The notes under the pieces were generated by a model. That model did no database searches and had not been told where the DNA came from. It was given only the letters and a program-made list of their open reading frames with translations. A stretch of DNA of 62,329 nucleotides, counting the filler, from Choristocarpus tenellus KU-1152 (taxonomy: Eukaryota > Protista > Phaeophyceae): assembly GCA_964200185.2 (NCBI GenBank). It is 9 parts of 9 records of this genome, joined end to end, with 100 filler letters (N's around TTAATTAATTAA, not from the genome) between each part and the next. Parts side by side here need not be neighbours in the genome. Positions count along the whole stretch, not along the records: positions 39,901 to 52,428 come from CAXNAD020001809.1; positions 52,529 to 55,418 come from CAXNAD020023890.1; positions 55,519 to 59,366 come from CAXNAD020017587.1; positions 59,467 to 62,329 come from CAXNAD020024120.1; 5 more parts are not named here. One strand, written 5' to 3'. Positions 50,250 to 62,329 of this stretch are shown here, one piece after another (the stretch's first letter is position 1; each line of letters begins with the position of its first letter). A program made the translations under genes and the position numbers.

Positions 50250-50720
50250 GCTCCAATGATGTCACCTATCGTCGTAAATGTGCCAAGTGGTAATCACTCA
50301 TTACCTATTCGTGTTCAAACGAAATATGAGTTGTCTGCTTTAAACCTTGACCAAGCAACGCCTGTCCAAAGTGGTCATGAATTATACCCTGGTTCTACCA
50401 CTGTATTTCCAACGATGGGCCCAGACAAATCCTCAAGGAGCAGCGGCCGAGTTTGGACCACATTTAAGAAAATTACGCCCCTCCAGTGTTGCCGTAGCAG
50501 CTGATAAGGAAAAAACTAGGTCTATGTCGTACTTTTCCCTTCACATTGGGTTGCTATTATGGGTTTTAAACAGGCCATCTTCGAAAGAGGAGAACGCCTA
50601 GAGGCCAGTTGGACGTTCCTCGCTCATTAACTCGTCGTGTACTCCACGATTGCCGTGATCATGCATTGTTTGGAGGCCACGTAGGTATTAAGCCCACCTT
50701 TGATGGGGTTAGATACTCGT
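50250..50720 (+). mobile_element. Decayed Ty3/Gypsy pol remnant (end of RT and integrase zinc-binding domain)
   Basis: VPRSLTRRVLHDCRDHALFGGHVGIKPTFDGV matches the Gypsy integrase HHCC N-terminal pattern VP..L…VL..CHD….GH.G…T…V; upstream KKITPL…LGL.SYF-like fragments. Confidence 0.65.
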
Positions 50721-50807
50721 CCCAGACGGAGTCTTACTTACCTCGGAGATACCAAGAGCCAAATGATTCATTTGGCGTCACGTCCTGTCACTCCGAGCCA
50801 AAGTAGA

Positions 50808-51030
50808 TGAGAGGTACCGTATCGCATATAAAGTCAGTTTTTCAAAATTTCGCAATTCACCCATATTTCTATGGATGACTTGCTAAGTTTATATTTTGGA
50901 CAGATGATTTATCTATTTTCGAAACCCTTCTACAAAATTCAGATAAGTTCCTATAAGCACTTGTAAAAAAGTTGGATTTTGCTCACATTTGTCAGCATCC
51001 TTAAAATAGAAATCTGAGTACCTCTCCCAT
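50808..51030 (+). repeat. Diverged dispersed repeat (second copy at ~56899-57132)
   Basis: Shared blocks ACCCATATTTCTATGGATGA…TGCTAAGTTT and CACATTT.TCAGCATCCTTAAAAT. Confidence 0.8.
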
Positions 51031-51789
51031 GCTTTGACTCTCTCATGATCCCGTCTTCTCATCAGAGTATTCATTCTCCACTCTCAACTCCTTTCTTTCC
51101 TCGTCCAACCTTAGTTCGTCGTTCCGGTTACATTTCGTATTGGTCGCATCTGGTCTGCCTTCCCTAAATATATAGTGAAGTCTCAAAACCGTACAGTTCA
51201 AAAAAGAGTTTTTGTTACGGTGGTACCGAAAAACTGAGGAAAGTTGTTGACTATTATTATTGTAGTGTGTGGGATTCTTCTACTACTACTACTCTAGGTA
51301 AATCCATAAAGCCATAATGCTCCCCCAACCTCCAACTTCCAACTCCCGATTTTGAAGGTATGGAGAGAGAGAGGAAAAAAACTTCGAATTTGTTGGCGGC
51401 CACTTGGGGTGATGTCCCTTGCGTTAAAAACGTTGTGGATCCTTGATGTATAATATACCTCTTCACTACGCCTCTCAGAATCATATGAAGAACAGTATCA
51501 GACCAATGTATGTGAAAATAAAATAGTATGAAAATAATAGTACTAAGTACTTGATGGAGTATTACGAAAAGTCGAACACACTGAAGCCATCGATAATAAC
51601 CATATCCCCATAGTTTATGATAATGTTTTAGAGGATTATATATTTATTGTTAAGATATTTTGTTGCATATTTTATTATACTATATTATTGATTTTATTGT
51701 AGATTTTATTATTTATATTATTGGTTGTACATATTATTTTATATTTTTTTGGTATTTTTTATTATTCTCTACTGTGGCTCTATTAAGAC

Positions 51790-51887
51790 AGGTTATGCGT
51801 TTTAAGCTGGAGACACCAAAGGAGATGGGCAAGGAGGGGCCTGTCAGATTCTTGGGTGTTTCCCTAGTTCCTCGCTATGAGTTGTAG
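51790..51887 (+). CDS. Candidate terminal exon of an unknown gene
   Basis: gacag|VMRFKLETPKEMGKEGPVRFLGVSLVPRYEL*; GC-richer island after an AT-rich intron-like stretch. Confidence 0.35.
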
Positions 51888-53609
51888 CCCTAAGCTAGGT
51901 TGGAGGCATAGGAGGGGAGTAGTGTAGCATAGTTGACAACAAAACAGTAAGTAGATGATAGAAAAATATCAATATCTACGGCAACTGTTACTCTTTCAAT
52001 TCAGGGGTTGTTCTGATATTGAATAGTCTTTTCATCGTTTTTTCCCCTCACACATCTCCAAAATGTCAGAGGGCATAATGATAAGACTTTATAATATATA
52101 TGAAGTATATTATTATCATTGTTTTCATTGTCATTGTCATCCTCCTTATCATTCTTATTACTATTTTCGTTATTGAGATATTATTTCTTCTGTATCATAC
52201 ATATTATTGTCTTAACGTTTTGCACATGATGAGTCAGGAGCAAATCCAAACCAGTACCACAACAAGGATTCCTGTAAAAGTAACACTTGTCGTGAATGTG
52301 AAAGATATATATATATATCTAAAATCTACTGGATAATTTACTGTTTGAATACCAGCTATAAACAGCTGATTTCAAAAATTGAGGATGGAGCTTTTCATTG
52401 AGGATGGGCTTGACCCAAAATTGTCTGGNNNNNNNNNNNNNNNNNNNNNNNNNNNNNNNNNNNNNNNNNNNNTTAATTAATTAANNNNNNNNNNNNNNNN
52501 NNNNNNNNNNNNNNNNNNNNNNNNNNNNGTATGAGGGGGGGGGGGTGGTAGAGATCAAGGGTGAGAGAGGGGAGGGGGGGAGAGTTGGTGATTAGGAGCA
52601 AGGAGGATAGGACGCCTTCCTTTTTTTCTTATGCAGGTCGCAGTTTGCGTTGGTCGGATGATCGATCGATCGTCCTGTATTTCTTACTTTATTTTTATTT
52701 TTATTTTTATTTTTTTGTAGGGGATCGCAGGAGAGGTGGAGGAGGAGGAGGAGTTGTTCCGGTTATCTAGAACCTAAACCTAGGAATGGATTCGTCCATT
52801 CTTTCACAACCTAAGAGGTCGTGTGATGGGACTCTCTCTACACTACAGTGTGATTGGCAGAGAAACCCAAAGCGCCTTCTTTTTTTTCCCTTATGGGGTC
52901 AGGGTTAGGGTTAGGGATGTGATGTGATGTGATGTGATTTGCCCTTTTCACGTATAGAGATCAAACCCTAACCCTAACCATCAGCATAGTTTTTTTTTAT
53001 ATTTTATACCTACGACTAAGATCATGTCCCCAAATCAAAACCTGTCTCTCTCTCTGCCTCTCTCTCTCTGCTGGGGGGGCTCAAGAGGTGTTATCCTCAA
53101 GAAGGGTACTGACTGACAGGACAGGGTGTACCTTGCCCCTGTTGAAGATGAAGAAACTCATTGGTCCAGTGTGTTTGAAAACATGTAGTGTTGCAAAAAA
53201 AAAAAAAACTTTGGAAAAAAAAGGTGATACTGAAGATCCACTTTTTTGAACAATACTTTGGGTAAAAATATCCCTGACTTTTGGACGTCCCTTAGTGGCT
53301 GACTTGCAGAGAGCCAGTGCATATCCCCTCTGCCCTACGGGAAGCTATTTTATTTGCTCACGTTTTCCAGAATCAGAAGGTTTTGTTGGACCTGGAAGGG
53401 TGTTTTTTTCTTTTTTTTTGTGGGGGCGGTACCAACAGGTCTATTTTGTCAAGCCGGACCTCAAATGTTTCATGCGGGCTAACTTTTTAAACCTTTTTTT
53501 TATGATCAGAGAATAGAATGTATATATATAAATATGTAATATCTAGACAAAATATGTATTTAAATTTATACAACTATAAATCAATTCATACATACGAAAG
53601 CCTGCTCCA

Positions 53610-53915
53610 TTGCCATTATTTTTGATATTGTTATCATGATTACGATTACTATTATTATTACTATTACTGTTATTTTTTAGTGGAAACAGATCTTTTTTGG
53701 TCAGCCGAAGCAATTCTTTTTGAGAGGCGTTTACGCTTATCATTATTATTATGATTAATATTATTGTTATTATTATTACTATTATTATTATCATCATTAA
53801 TATTATTATTGTTATTATTATAATTAATATTATTATTATCATTAATATTATTGTTATTATTATTATTATTATCATCATTAATATTATTATTATCTTCATT
53901 ATTATTATTAATAAT
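53610..53915. repeat. Imperfect (ATT)n microsatellite
   Basis: Long ATT/ATC/GTT runs; source of the poly-I and poly-N ORFs. Confidence 0.95.
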
Positions 53916-53970
53916 ATTTTTTAGTTTGTGTGCTTTGCACGCGTGACTTCGAATCTCACCAGTGTCGCCA

Positions 53971-54265
53971 ATGTGAATCGTGGTTAGGGTTAGGGTTAGG
54001 GTTAGATTCTGTGTTAGGGTTAGGGTTAGGGTTAGGGTTAGGGTGGCGAAGAGAATCACCGGGCAGAGACGGACCACACGAACAAGTATAAAGTTAAGGT
54101 TAGGGTTGGACAAGTATAAAACTTAGGAGTGAAGAGCACCACCAAAGATGGGGCTTCATCACCTTCATCACCATGGGTCAAGACGTGATAGCAAAGTAGA
54201 TCTTCCGTGTGAGACATTTAGGGTTAGGGTCTGACAGAAAAGGCTGTCCGTGGAATCATGGACTC
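53971..54265 (+). repeat. Repeat family D copy with interstitial telomeric (TTAGGG)n tracts
   Basis: Collinear with 26576-26915 but with TTAGGG tracts at ~53983-54003, 54014-54042, 54093-54107 and 54218-54229. Confidence 0.9.
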
Positions 54266-55717
54266 ATGAAGGTGAACAAGTTTTTTTTATACAATTTTAA
54301 TGTGTCAGTTCCTCCTCATATACCCACCCCGCCCTACCCCCCTCCCCCAGCCCTCGAAATTTTGGTATTTGGCTCCCTGAAAATGTGCCACTATATTTCT
54401 AATTTTTTATAAAGTAAAAAATAGTACCTTTTTTAAATTTATAACTTTATGCGAAAATTACTGAGCAAGGAAAAAACTCGGAAAGTATTCTTCAGGTTTT
54501 TAATACTCAAAAAGAGAAATAGAGTTTGATGGCAGTGGATAGTCATGAGAGAGAGGGTTTTAGATGACTATGTTTCCTTTCATTTAAGGGAGAACTTTCA
54601 TAATAACCTCTTGGTACAAACTATCACATACACTTCCACATACACATTTCATTCTTTTTTTTTATGAAGGCACAATTGAAGAATCATTATTATTATTGTT
54701 ATTTGTCTGAGGGTCCCAGACTTTTGATCAAAGGGAAATTAAAAGACGACAAATACTACTAATAATAACAATGCCCTCACAATGCCCGAGAAAATTCAAA
54801 ATACGATTCTGAACCAAGAAAAATAATAAATAAAAATCCCGGAAAATTAGTGAGGACCTTGCCATCGAACGTTCTGAACCAACTCAAAACTCTCGCAAGA
54901 TTTGATTTTTTTCAGTAACGGATTTGATTTCAGCGCTTACCATTCATTAATCTCTAAGTAGTTGAGCAAGACTGAAAAGGGTGTAGGGTTAAGGTTAGGG
55001 TTGATCAAAAGAATTATTCTTCTTTTCTTTCTTGGTAGACAAAAAATCTGTATATAGAGGGGAGGGGGGCTTGGTGGGGATGATGCTATTGTTGTGAGAC
55101 TCTGATCATCTTTTTGCACCTACTCCACTGGAACAAGCATCCCTTCTACTAGTTTGGGGAAGGCCCCCCTTCAACTAGGGGAGAGGGGGGGGGGAGGTTC
55201 AACAAAAGCATACAAGAGTCCAGCTCAAAGGAGAGATGCATTGGGTAGACAAGACCCTTGACAGGATTGTGAATGGGGTGTGACCTTGTTCCACTGGAGA
55301 CTTTACAACAGAAGCAATTTTGCACATGGTGGTCGCCCTCAGTGTAAAAAGGCTTCAGCTCAAAACATCTGGGGGGGGGGTGGCGGGGGTCCATTTGGGG
55401 CCAATTTTTCATTTCTCANNNNNNNNNNNNNNNNNNNNNNNNNNNNNNNNNNNNNNNNNNNNTTAATTAATTAANNNNNNNNNNNNNNNNNNNNNNNNNN
55501 NNNNNNNNNNNNNNNNNNTCTTTTTTTCCCCCCCCCCCCCCCCCTCTTTTGTTTTTGTGAAATGCGTCCATCTTAGAAAAATGAAGAAGCTCAAATGCAA
55601 TTTTAAAGCCCCTTCGGCATTTTTTTTTCGAATTTTTGTTTTTAGAACGCCGCCCCTGTTGTCCTCAGCTGTATTTGCGCTAACCGTGTTGACCCTCAAC
55701 CTCAATAACCCAAGCCC

Positions 55718-57474
55718 TCAGAGGAGCTTCAGTGTCCCGTTCCAGAGGGTCTCCCTATATTTGCAGAGTAAACGTTGTTGGACTGGCAACAGCCCTTCTT
55801 TGCATCTGAGATCATCTGGGAACAGATTTCCTTGCTGTTCAGCCAAGAGGTGTGATACGCATGCCTAATATTTCAGTTTAATGGTCAGTACTTGAAAAGT
55901 ATTTTTTTTAAAGGAAATTGTGTTGTGCGTGATTTCAGGTAGTTTGTGTAACTGTCATACCTTGAGTTTTTATGTTGGGGTGATAAATGAAAATGTGTGA
56001 GATGGAGTGAGTACCATTTTTTTGTAACACATGGTTGGTAGGTAGTTTCCTCTTTTTTCTTTGGGTGATATTTGGAGTGCAGCAAATATAATTCTTTTAT
56101 TTTTATTTCCGGTGTGTGTTGGAGAGGATTCAGCGCTCAAGGGAGTAGTTAGTAGTTTCGAAGTGGAGTGCACATTTTTGTTTCATTTTTTTATGCTCTG
56201 GCCCAAAGTATTTGGGGGAAGGGTGTGGGTCTACACCAGAATGTCCATTTGGGTCCTGACCATGAGAAGCACACCTACATTATCTATCCGACACACACAA
56301 CAAAATCACCCAAGAATCTCAACATGGGAAAATGTGCCCCTACTAGTACTATGCAATAGTGACTATCCTTGACCACAAATAATCAGGAGTGGTGCTGTTG
56401 ACAATAGTGCTGTTGACAACCATGACAAGGACGCTGAAGAGAAGAGGAAGTGCAGGTACTAATCACAATGCGTGTGCAGCTATCAGTGTAAGTAGTGGTG
56501 GTTAGGGGGGGTACTGGTAGCAAGTAGGAGTAGTAATATGATAGACAAGCACGTTCACACAAAACAAACAAAATATATCATCATCGCTGATTGAGGTAGA
56601 TACGGGGGCCTTTAGGTGCCAACAGAGCGCGCACAGTACTACGTCACCAGATTGGACCTCTTTACAACAAGCTCGTCACTCGTGTAAACCTTGCCATCTA
56701 TCTGAAAATTTGAACCCTCCCACAGATCTGAATGGCCTACAAATATCAGTTTTTGGGAAATGTCACTCTGTTTTTAAACCTACTATTAGTTTTTGCTTAC
56801 TATCAGTCTGGAACTTCTCCACTAACTCCATCCAACCGTCCCTGACCCGTGGTCAAATAGCAGCACGCTCTGTGTTACTTCTTCTCAGTAAAAGTAATCG
56901 AGAGGTACCCAGGTCTTGGCTATTTTGCATTTTAACCCAGTTTCCAATCTTACACAATTTACCCATATTTCTATGGATGAAGTGCTAAGTTTGACTTGAG
57001 AGCATTGATTTCTCTGTTGTTTGAAATATTTTCGACATAATTTAGAAAAGATCCTACATGCATGTGTAAAAAATGGCAAATTTTGGACACATTTCTCAGC
57101 ATCCTTAAAATGCGACTCTAGTTTCCTCTCGCTTACTTTCAGTCTCTACCCCACGAACTATATTTAAACTGCAAGTAACTACACCACTCCCTGTGTGCCT
57201 TCAGTTCTTCTCTCAGGTTTGGTTCAGCCATCCCACTGCTCATTACTCTGCCTCCTCCCTCAAACCTGATGCATCATCCCTCCCTCCACCTGCAATGAAC
57301 CTGCCCGTCCCTTGTGGTGGTTCAGCACAAGATAGTAAGGTACAGGTGTACCCCCTTTAAGTACTTGCCACACGGTCCAGCAAAGTCAAATTTCCTTTGA
57401 AGAAACCCTTGCCTCTCTGCAATCAGAGTTGGAACCCCGTCAATTCCATGACAAGAGTACGGACAAACTCCAAT
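55718..57474 (-). CDS. Last three candidate exons of an uncharacterised protein
   Basis: Phase-0, stop-free AG/GT-bounded exons 57474-57352 (IGVCPYSCHGIDGVPTLIAERQGFLQRKFDFAGPCGKYLKG), 56701-56648 (IDGKVYTSDELVVKRSNL) and 55864-55718 (ACVSHLLAEQQGNLFPDDLRCKEGLLPVQQRLLCKYRETLWNGTLKLL*). Confidence 0.5.
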
Positions 57475-59136
57475 CTAAGCTACACGGACTTGGGCGACTT
57501 CAACAGGCTTTATGTGTATGTTCTTGTTGGTGCAAACAATAAACAGACAAAACATTGTGGTACCACCAACAAGGAAGCGTTCAAATTTGTTTGCCCTGGT
57601 TGATGCCTAGAACTCGCCTCCACGTTCCTGACAGGACACTTGCAGTAAAGCTTCCAATTATTTCACCATCTAGATTCTACAAGACTCGATAGGTAGCAGA
57701 GGTCACTATACAAATATTATTATTATGTACCACTGGAACAAAAAAAAAATGTTACACTCGCCTTTGATTGCACTGGTTTACTTCAAGTCAATGCTCTCCA
57801 AATAAGCTACCCTCTCAGCTCATCATACAGAAATGGAATTCAAATACAAGGATACCTTCAAAACCTAACTGTGAATCAGGGACACACCCAGATAAGGCCT
57901 TCTGCCGCACACAAGGTGCAACCTAGTTGTTGCAGGGGTTCAGTCCAATCAAATGCCATTATCCTCAGAAGCTTCTTGAACCCAACAGAACAGCCCCCTC
58001 CCTGTTACCCCCCAGTGTCCAATCTTGTCCTTGCTTCAATTCTTGACAAAAAAATTGCCACAAGTAGTAGGAGGAGTGTTGCAAAAATGACTTTGACAAA
58101 AATACCCTAAGATAACACACAAATACGTTCAACTAACCATTGATCAGGCTGGGCCTACACATATAATACTGTCCTATTGCATGCCCTGAAAAAAGGTTGT
58201 CTCTGGTCCATGGTGGCACACATTTAATTGGCTTCCTGTATGTAAAGAGTGGACAAGTTTACAACATCCAGCTGAGTCAGAGGGATGGGGACATTGTAGT
58301 GACTTCACCACGGACATAGAACAGAGAACAAATGTTCTCCATCCTGGAAGGCCAGGGCTCAACAAAACAATACCATGCAATTTTCGGGTTGAGTAGTGTC
58401 TAAACTGCTTATCCACCGGTCTCGTCTACACCTTGTCATTTAAGCCCAGACAGAACAAGAACATAAACAATCTCTGTCATGCAAAATCACACCTGTCTGG
58501 AACCAGAAAGTGGCCCAGTGAACACATAGACCTAATCGTTCCTTGCTTACCAAGACTTACTGAAGAAAATATGCCTATGAGTGTTGTACTCCAAAAAAAA
58601 AGACATACACCCTCAGTCTCCGTGTAATCTCTATTGAAGGGAATCCTACTCTTATCATGTCCTCAGTCTGGCCTAACAGTGTTTTGTTTTGAACAAGGGC
58701 TCAGCACTGGTACCAAGTACACAATCTGCACCCTTAAAGCCTCACACCATGCTGCCCAACAGTCTGTAAGCCTGTACCAACAGCATGCGCTAAGTACACA
58801 CCAAACCAGGTTTTGCATCTGAGATGGTTATCCCTTGTCCATCACATGAAGCCTTTTCAACTTTATCTCTAAAAAAAAAAGGTGTTACATAACGTTACTG
58901 TATCCCTGATCACAGGAGGGAAAGGGGGCAAGAAAACGGGCCTAGGAATCAGTTACCTTGCACTCAAATTACATGTTCAACATAGAAGCTCCCGCTCTCT
59001 CCTCCACCCTTGCTGCCCTCTTTTCATCAGATTCCCTCCTGTCCATTGCTGATACATTGGTGCATCATGGAAGTCACATGATTGCACCCACAACTGTACT
59101 TCATGCATGCATGACCGATCCATCCTCTCAGCCCCC

Positions 59137-59251
59137 TCAGTATGACCACTGCTTGAGTAGGTACAGGAGGGGGACAAAGCAAAGCACAAACACCGCATCC
59201 ACCATACCCCACTTGACCACGTCTGCAATCCGATGCCGTGTATTGAGGCTC
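59137..59251 (-). CDS. Candidate terminal exon encoding a C-terminal transmembrane helix
   Basis: ctactcag|…SLNTRHRIADVVKWGMVDAVFVLCFVPLLYLLKQWSY*. Confidence 0.35.
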
Positions 59252-59466
59252 CTGAGTAGAACAGAGTGGACGAGCAACAATCAAACAGTGAGCAACAGAC
59301 ACCTGTAGGATCAATCAACTACTGAGCACCTTCAACATGAGCTCTTCAAGAGGGGGGGGGGGGGGGNNNNNNNNNNNNNNNNNNNNNNNNNNNNNNNNNN
59401 NNNNNNNNNNTTAATTAATTAANNNNNNNNNNNNNNNNNNNNNNNNNNNNNNNNNNNNNNNNNNNN

Positions 59467-59557
59467 AAAGCGCACTTTTCCTGGTTATGGTCCAAATGGA
59501 CACCCTGGTGTAGACCCTCCCCCCGCCCCCCCCCCTCCCCCCCAGATGCTTTGGATC
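59467..59557 (+). mobile_element. MITE family B right end (further partial copies at ~17361-17405, 55357-55418 and 56200-56270)
   Basis: CCAAATGGACACCCT…poly-C…CAGATGCTTTGGATC. Confidence 0.7.
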
Positions 59558-61334
59558 TAAAAAAAATCACTTGAGTCACAAAAAACAAGACATGCCTTCA
59601 GTGTCCTCAACACTCCTCACAAGAACGCCTTCCTGTCACACTATAAAAATAGTGTTGTTGTTGAAGCCGAACATACGTATCCCCCACAGACATTTTCGTA
59701 CAGAAAATATGAAAGTCCTGGTATATAAAAATGAAATCAAAAATGAACAAGAGGTATATGCATCGAATACATACAGACGGATAAAATAAAAATAATCTTT
59801 TCATCTCGCATGTGTACAAGAAGGAGAGTCGATTGGGTGAGGAACAACTTGTTACTTCAATACACTTCCACCGTGTATACAGAAAAAAAAGAAGAAAAAA
59901 GTGTGTGTTCTCCTCATGAATACCGAATTTTTAAATCATCATTTCTGAAACTTTCACGTTCTTAGCACGAATGCTTTAATATTCACACCACAAAGAATAT
60001 TCCCAGATTGTTTCTCAAACCCTCCCCCGCATGTACTACGTACACTCAAGATAAACCCAGGGGCGGCGATGAAAAAGAGAGAGAGCACCCCCTAAAATTG
60101 GAGCCATTTTATCTTAGAGGGGGTCAATTTAGACCCTTCTTACTGCTCGGGGAGGTTTAACCCACTGCATGACACTCTATTCCAATCCCTAAACTGTGGA
60201 TAACCCTGACCCTCAGAAGGCAGTGACTGTAGAAGAGAAGACAAACATGAGTTCAAAACAAAAATTGTGGGATCACCCTCCAGAGGTAGGTAGAAGCACA
60301 CATACCAGAAGGGAGTCAGTCACAAGGAACCCCACTACTCCACGAAACGCCCCCCTCTAAGATGAGATAGCACTTCTCCACACAAAAAAAGTCTTTCCAC
60401 CGTATTTTTAATTTTATTTTTCAATCAAGAATTTTTCAACTAACGACCGGTTTCATTTATTTTTTTTCAAGAGATACGACCTGGTCACATACATGCCTAT
60501 CCCCATCCACACCACTAGCAGTACGTTTAACGCAGCAGCTTGTGATAGGTCTCACAATGACAAAAAAAAGGCTATTTCTTCATCACACAAGTGCCAACGT
60601 AGTGTAGTCATCCTGCATCTTTCTCTATCCTGTTTCAAAATACCCTCTTTGTTTTTTTTGGCACCTGAATTCAAAATCACCCACTGTCCTTTTACTTATT
60701 AAAATCTCTGCGGTGGTAACACACTAAAAAAAAAAATAGAAATAAATATTAAAAAAAATAAAAAATCCCACTACCGTCACACTACCGTACTGTTCACTAA
60801 AAAAAACGTCACATTTACGCACCTTGACACTACTTATTATTATTATTATTATTTTCTCTAATAAAAAATAGAAAAAAAATGAGAAAGTGATCAACCAATC
60901 AAACTCAAGAGTTGTGAACCAAGTGGGTTTGCTACTTCCAATTGCAAACAGTTCAGCTCTTGAATACAGCCCTTCAAGTCGAAAGTCATTTTCAGGGGCC
61001 TTTCAAGGAGCCAGCAGGCAGCACAGTCACAACATAATGTAGACCCCTTGTCTAATGAGGACCCCCAAGAGAGAGGTGAAAAACTATGAGGCTAACGATG
61101 TGTACGTGCGTGGTCGTGCCATCAAACAGACACAACACAAAACAGGAAGACATTCAGGAGTGTTTACAGTTGCAGATGACAGAGAATTATGAAACAGTCA
61201 AAAAAATAAATATTCGGTGTCGGTTTAAATCGTGATTGATGTGATTCGACTGATTAGAATTCAGTTCAAAACTCTAGTAAAACTCGTCACTACCAAAAAA
61301 TACAGATTTTTTTCAGTACAATATATTTCTCAAA

Positions 61335-61365
<31 letters not shown>

Positions 61366-61378
61366 TAACACACACATA

Positions 61379-61578
61379 CTACTTGCCTGTGTGGTTCTTC
61401 ATAAATACAATACAGCACATTTTATTAAATAAAATTCTCAAATATAAAAAAATAAAACACTACTTGCCTGTGTGGTTCTTCATAAATACAATACAGCACA
61501 TTTTATTAAATAAAATTCTCAAATATAAAAAAATAAAACACTACTTGCCGGTGTAGTTCTTCATATATACAGTTCAGC
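61379..61578. repeat. 81-bp tandem duplication, ~2.4 copies
   Basis: CTACTTGCC starts at 61379, 61460 and 61541; the first two units look identical. Confidence 0.9.
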
Positions 61579-61906
61579 ACAGCACAGCACAGCACAGGAA
61601 GTACATTGATTAGTAGTACATTGATTAGTAGTGACAAATTAACCACCTTTCCTCAATCTCCTGCTCCATAATAGAGCCAGATATTATACACAAAAAAAAA
61701 GTAATTAATATCGCCCTCCTCACCACAGGGCAACACTCTGTTCCAACACACGCAAAACGCCAACATCTCTCATAAGCACAAAAAAAAGAGGAGACGTCAA
61801 TCTCACGTACCCCTTCTTCCATTTGCACAAAAACAAACACGAGATTCTTCTTCCCAATAAGAACACAGCCCGCCCTCCTTTGCCTCAATCCTTTCTAACA
61901 CCTCAC

Positions 61907-62073
61907 CTTCATCTGCGCTCCCCTGCGACTCCGATTTTTTTCTCTTTACAAGCACTGCAGCTATGCCAACCATCACCACCAAGGCCGCCGCCCCACAGCA
62001 TATTCCAATGATGGCTAGGGTCCGTGGTGCAATCCCCCCGTCACTGCCATTGCCCCCTTGAGGGTTCTCCTCT
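61907..62073 (-). CDS. Exon of a single-pass (type I) membrane protein
   Basis: ttttgccag|…EENPQGGNGSDGGIAPRTLAIIGICCGAAALVVMVGIAAVLVKRKKSESQGSADE|gtgagg: hydrophobic helix followed by a KRKK stop-transfer; phase-compatible candidate next exon starts at ~61051. Confidence 0.55.
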
Positions 62074-62329
62074 CTGGCAAAACATCAAGCAGGGTTGTGA
62101 TTGCTCGTCAACATATCCAAACATGGACAGAAAGGCATTGAAGCAACCCATCCAAATCACCTAGTAAAGCATGCACGTGCAAGGTTCTCACTCCACACAC
62201 CCCTTGAAATGTATCGAATGAGATGACCACTGTCACCGACTGTCACACCACACACATCTGGTTGATTTAAAGCAAACTACCAAAACAAATTCATTGCTTC
62301 AAATTGTTTTTTCAAACTTTATCGCCTAT

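Noticed and set aside
53983-54042. True chromosome end
   Set aside because: Tracts are short and embedded in a repeat with collinear sequence on both sides.
53543-54113. Poly-Ile, poly-Asn and LTLTLT ORFs
   Set aside because: Translations of (ATT)n and (CCCTAA)n repeats.

Overview
Intron-rich eukaryotic scaffold, most likely a flagellate stramenopile such as a brown alga (inferred from IFT172, long introns and abundant TTAGGG tracts). It is broken by eight 100-nt gaps that each carry an artificial TTAATTAATTAA linker, so adjacency across gaps is unreliable. The single-exon ORF track is mostly noise, so genes were rebuilt by hand from splice sites and reading phase. Supported genes: (i) the first 8 exons (499 codons) of IFT172 on the minus strand, in which 3 of 7 introns need GC donors; (ii) a 6-exon plus-strand kinesin motor-domain gene whose P-loop, switch I and switch II are all replaced although frame and splice sites are intact (candidate pseudo-kinesin); (iii) a GTPBP1/2-like N-terminal-domain gene with no G-domain visible; (iv) a C2-domain gene; (v) several exon groups of unknown proteins. 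Mobile DNA includes a decayed intron-containing pogo/Tigger element, two related MITE families with ~4-bp TSDs, a decayed Sola/DUF7869-like transposase, Copia, Gypsy and LINE remnants, and a ~120-bp degenerate array just upstream of the Copia protease. One copy of a dispersed repeat carries four separate same-strand (TTAGGG)n insertions, two of them at deletion junctions, relative to a sister copy in the same window.
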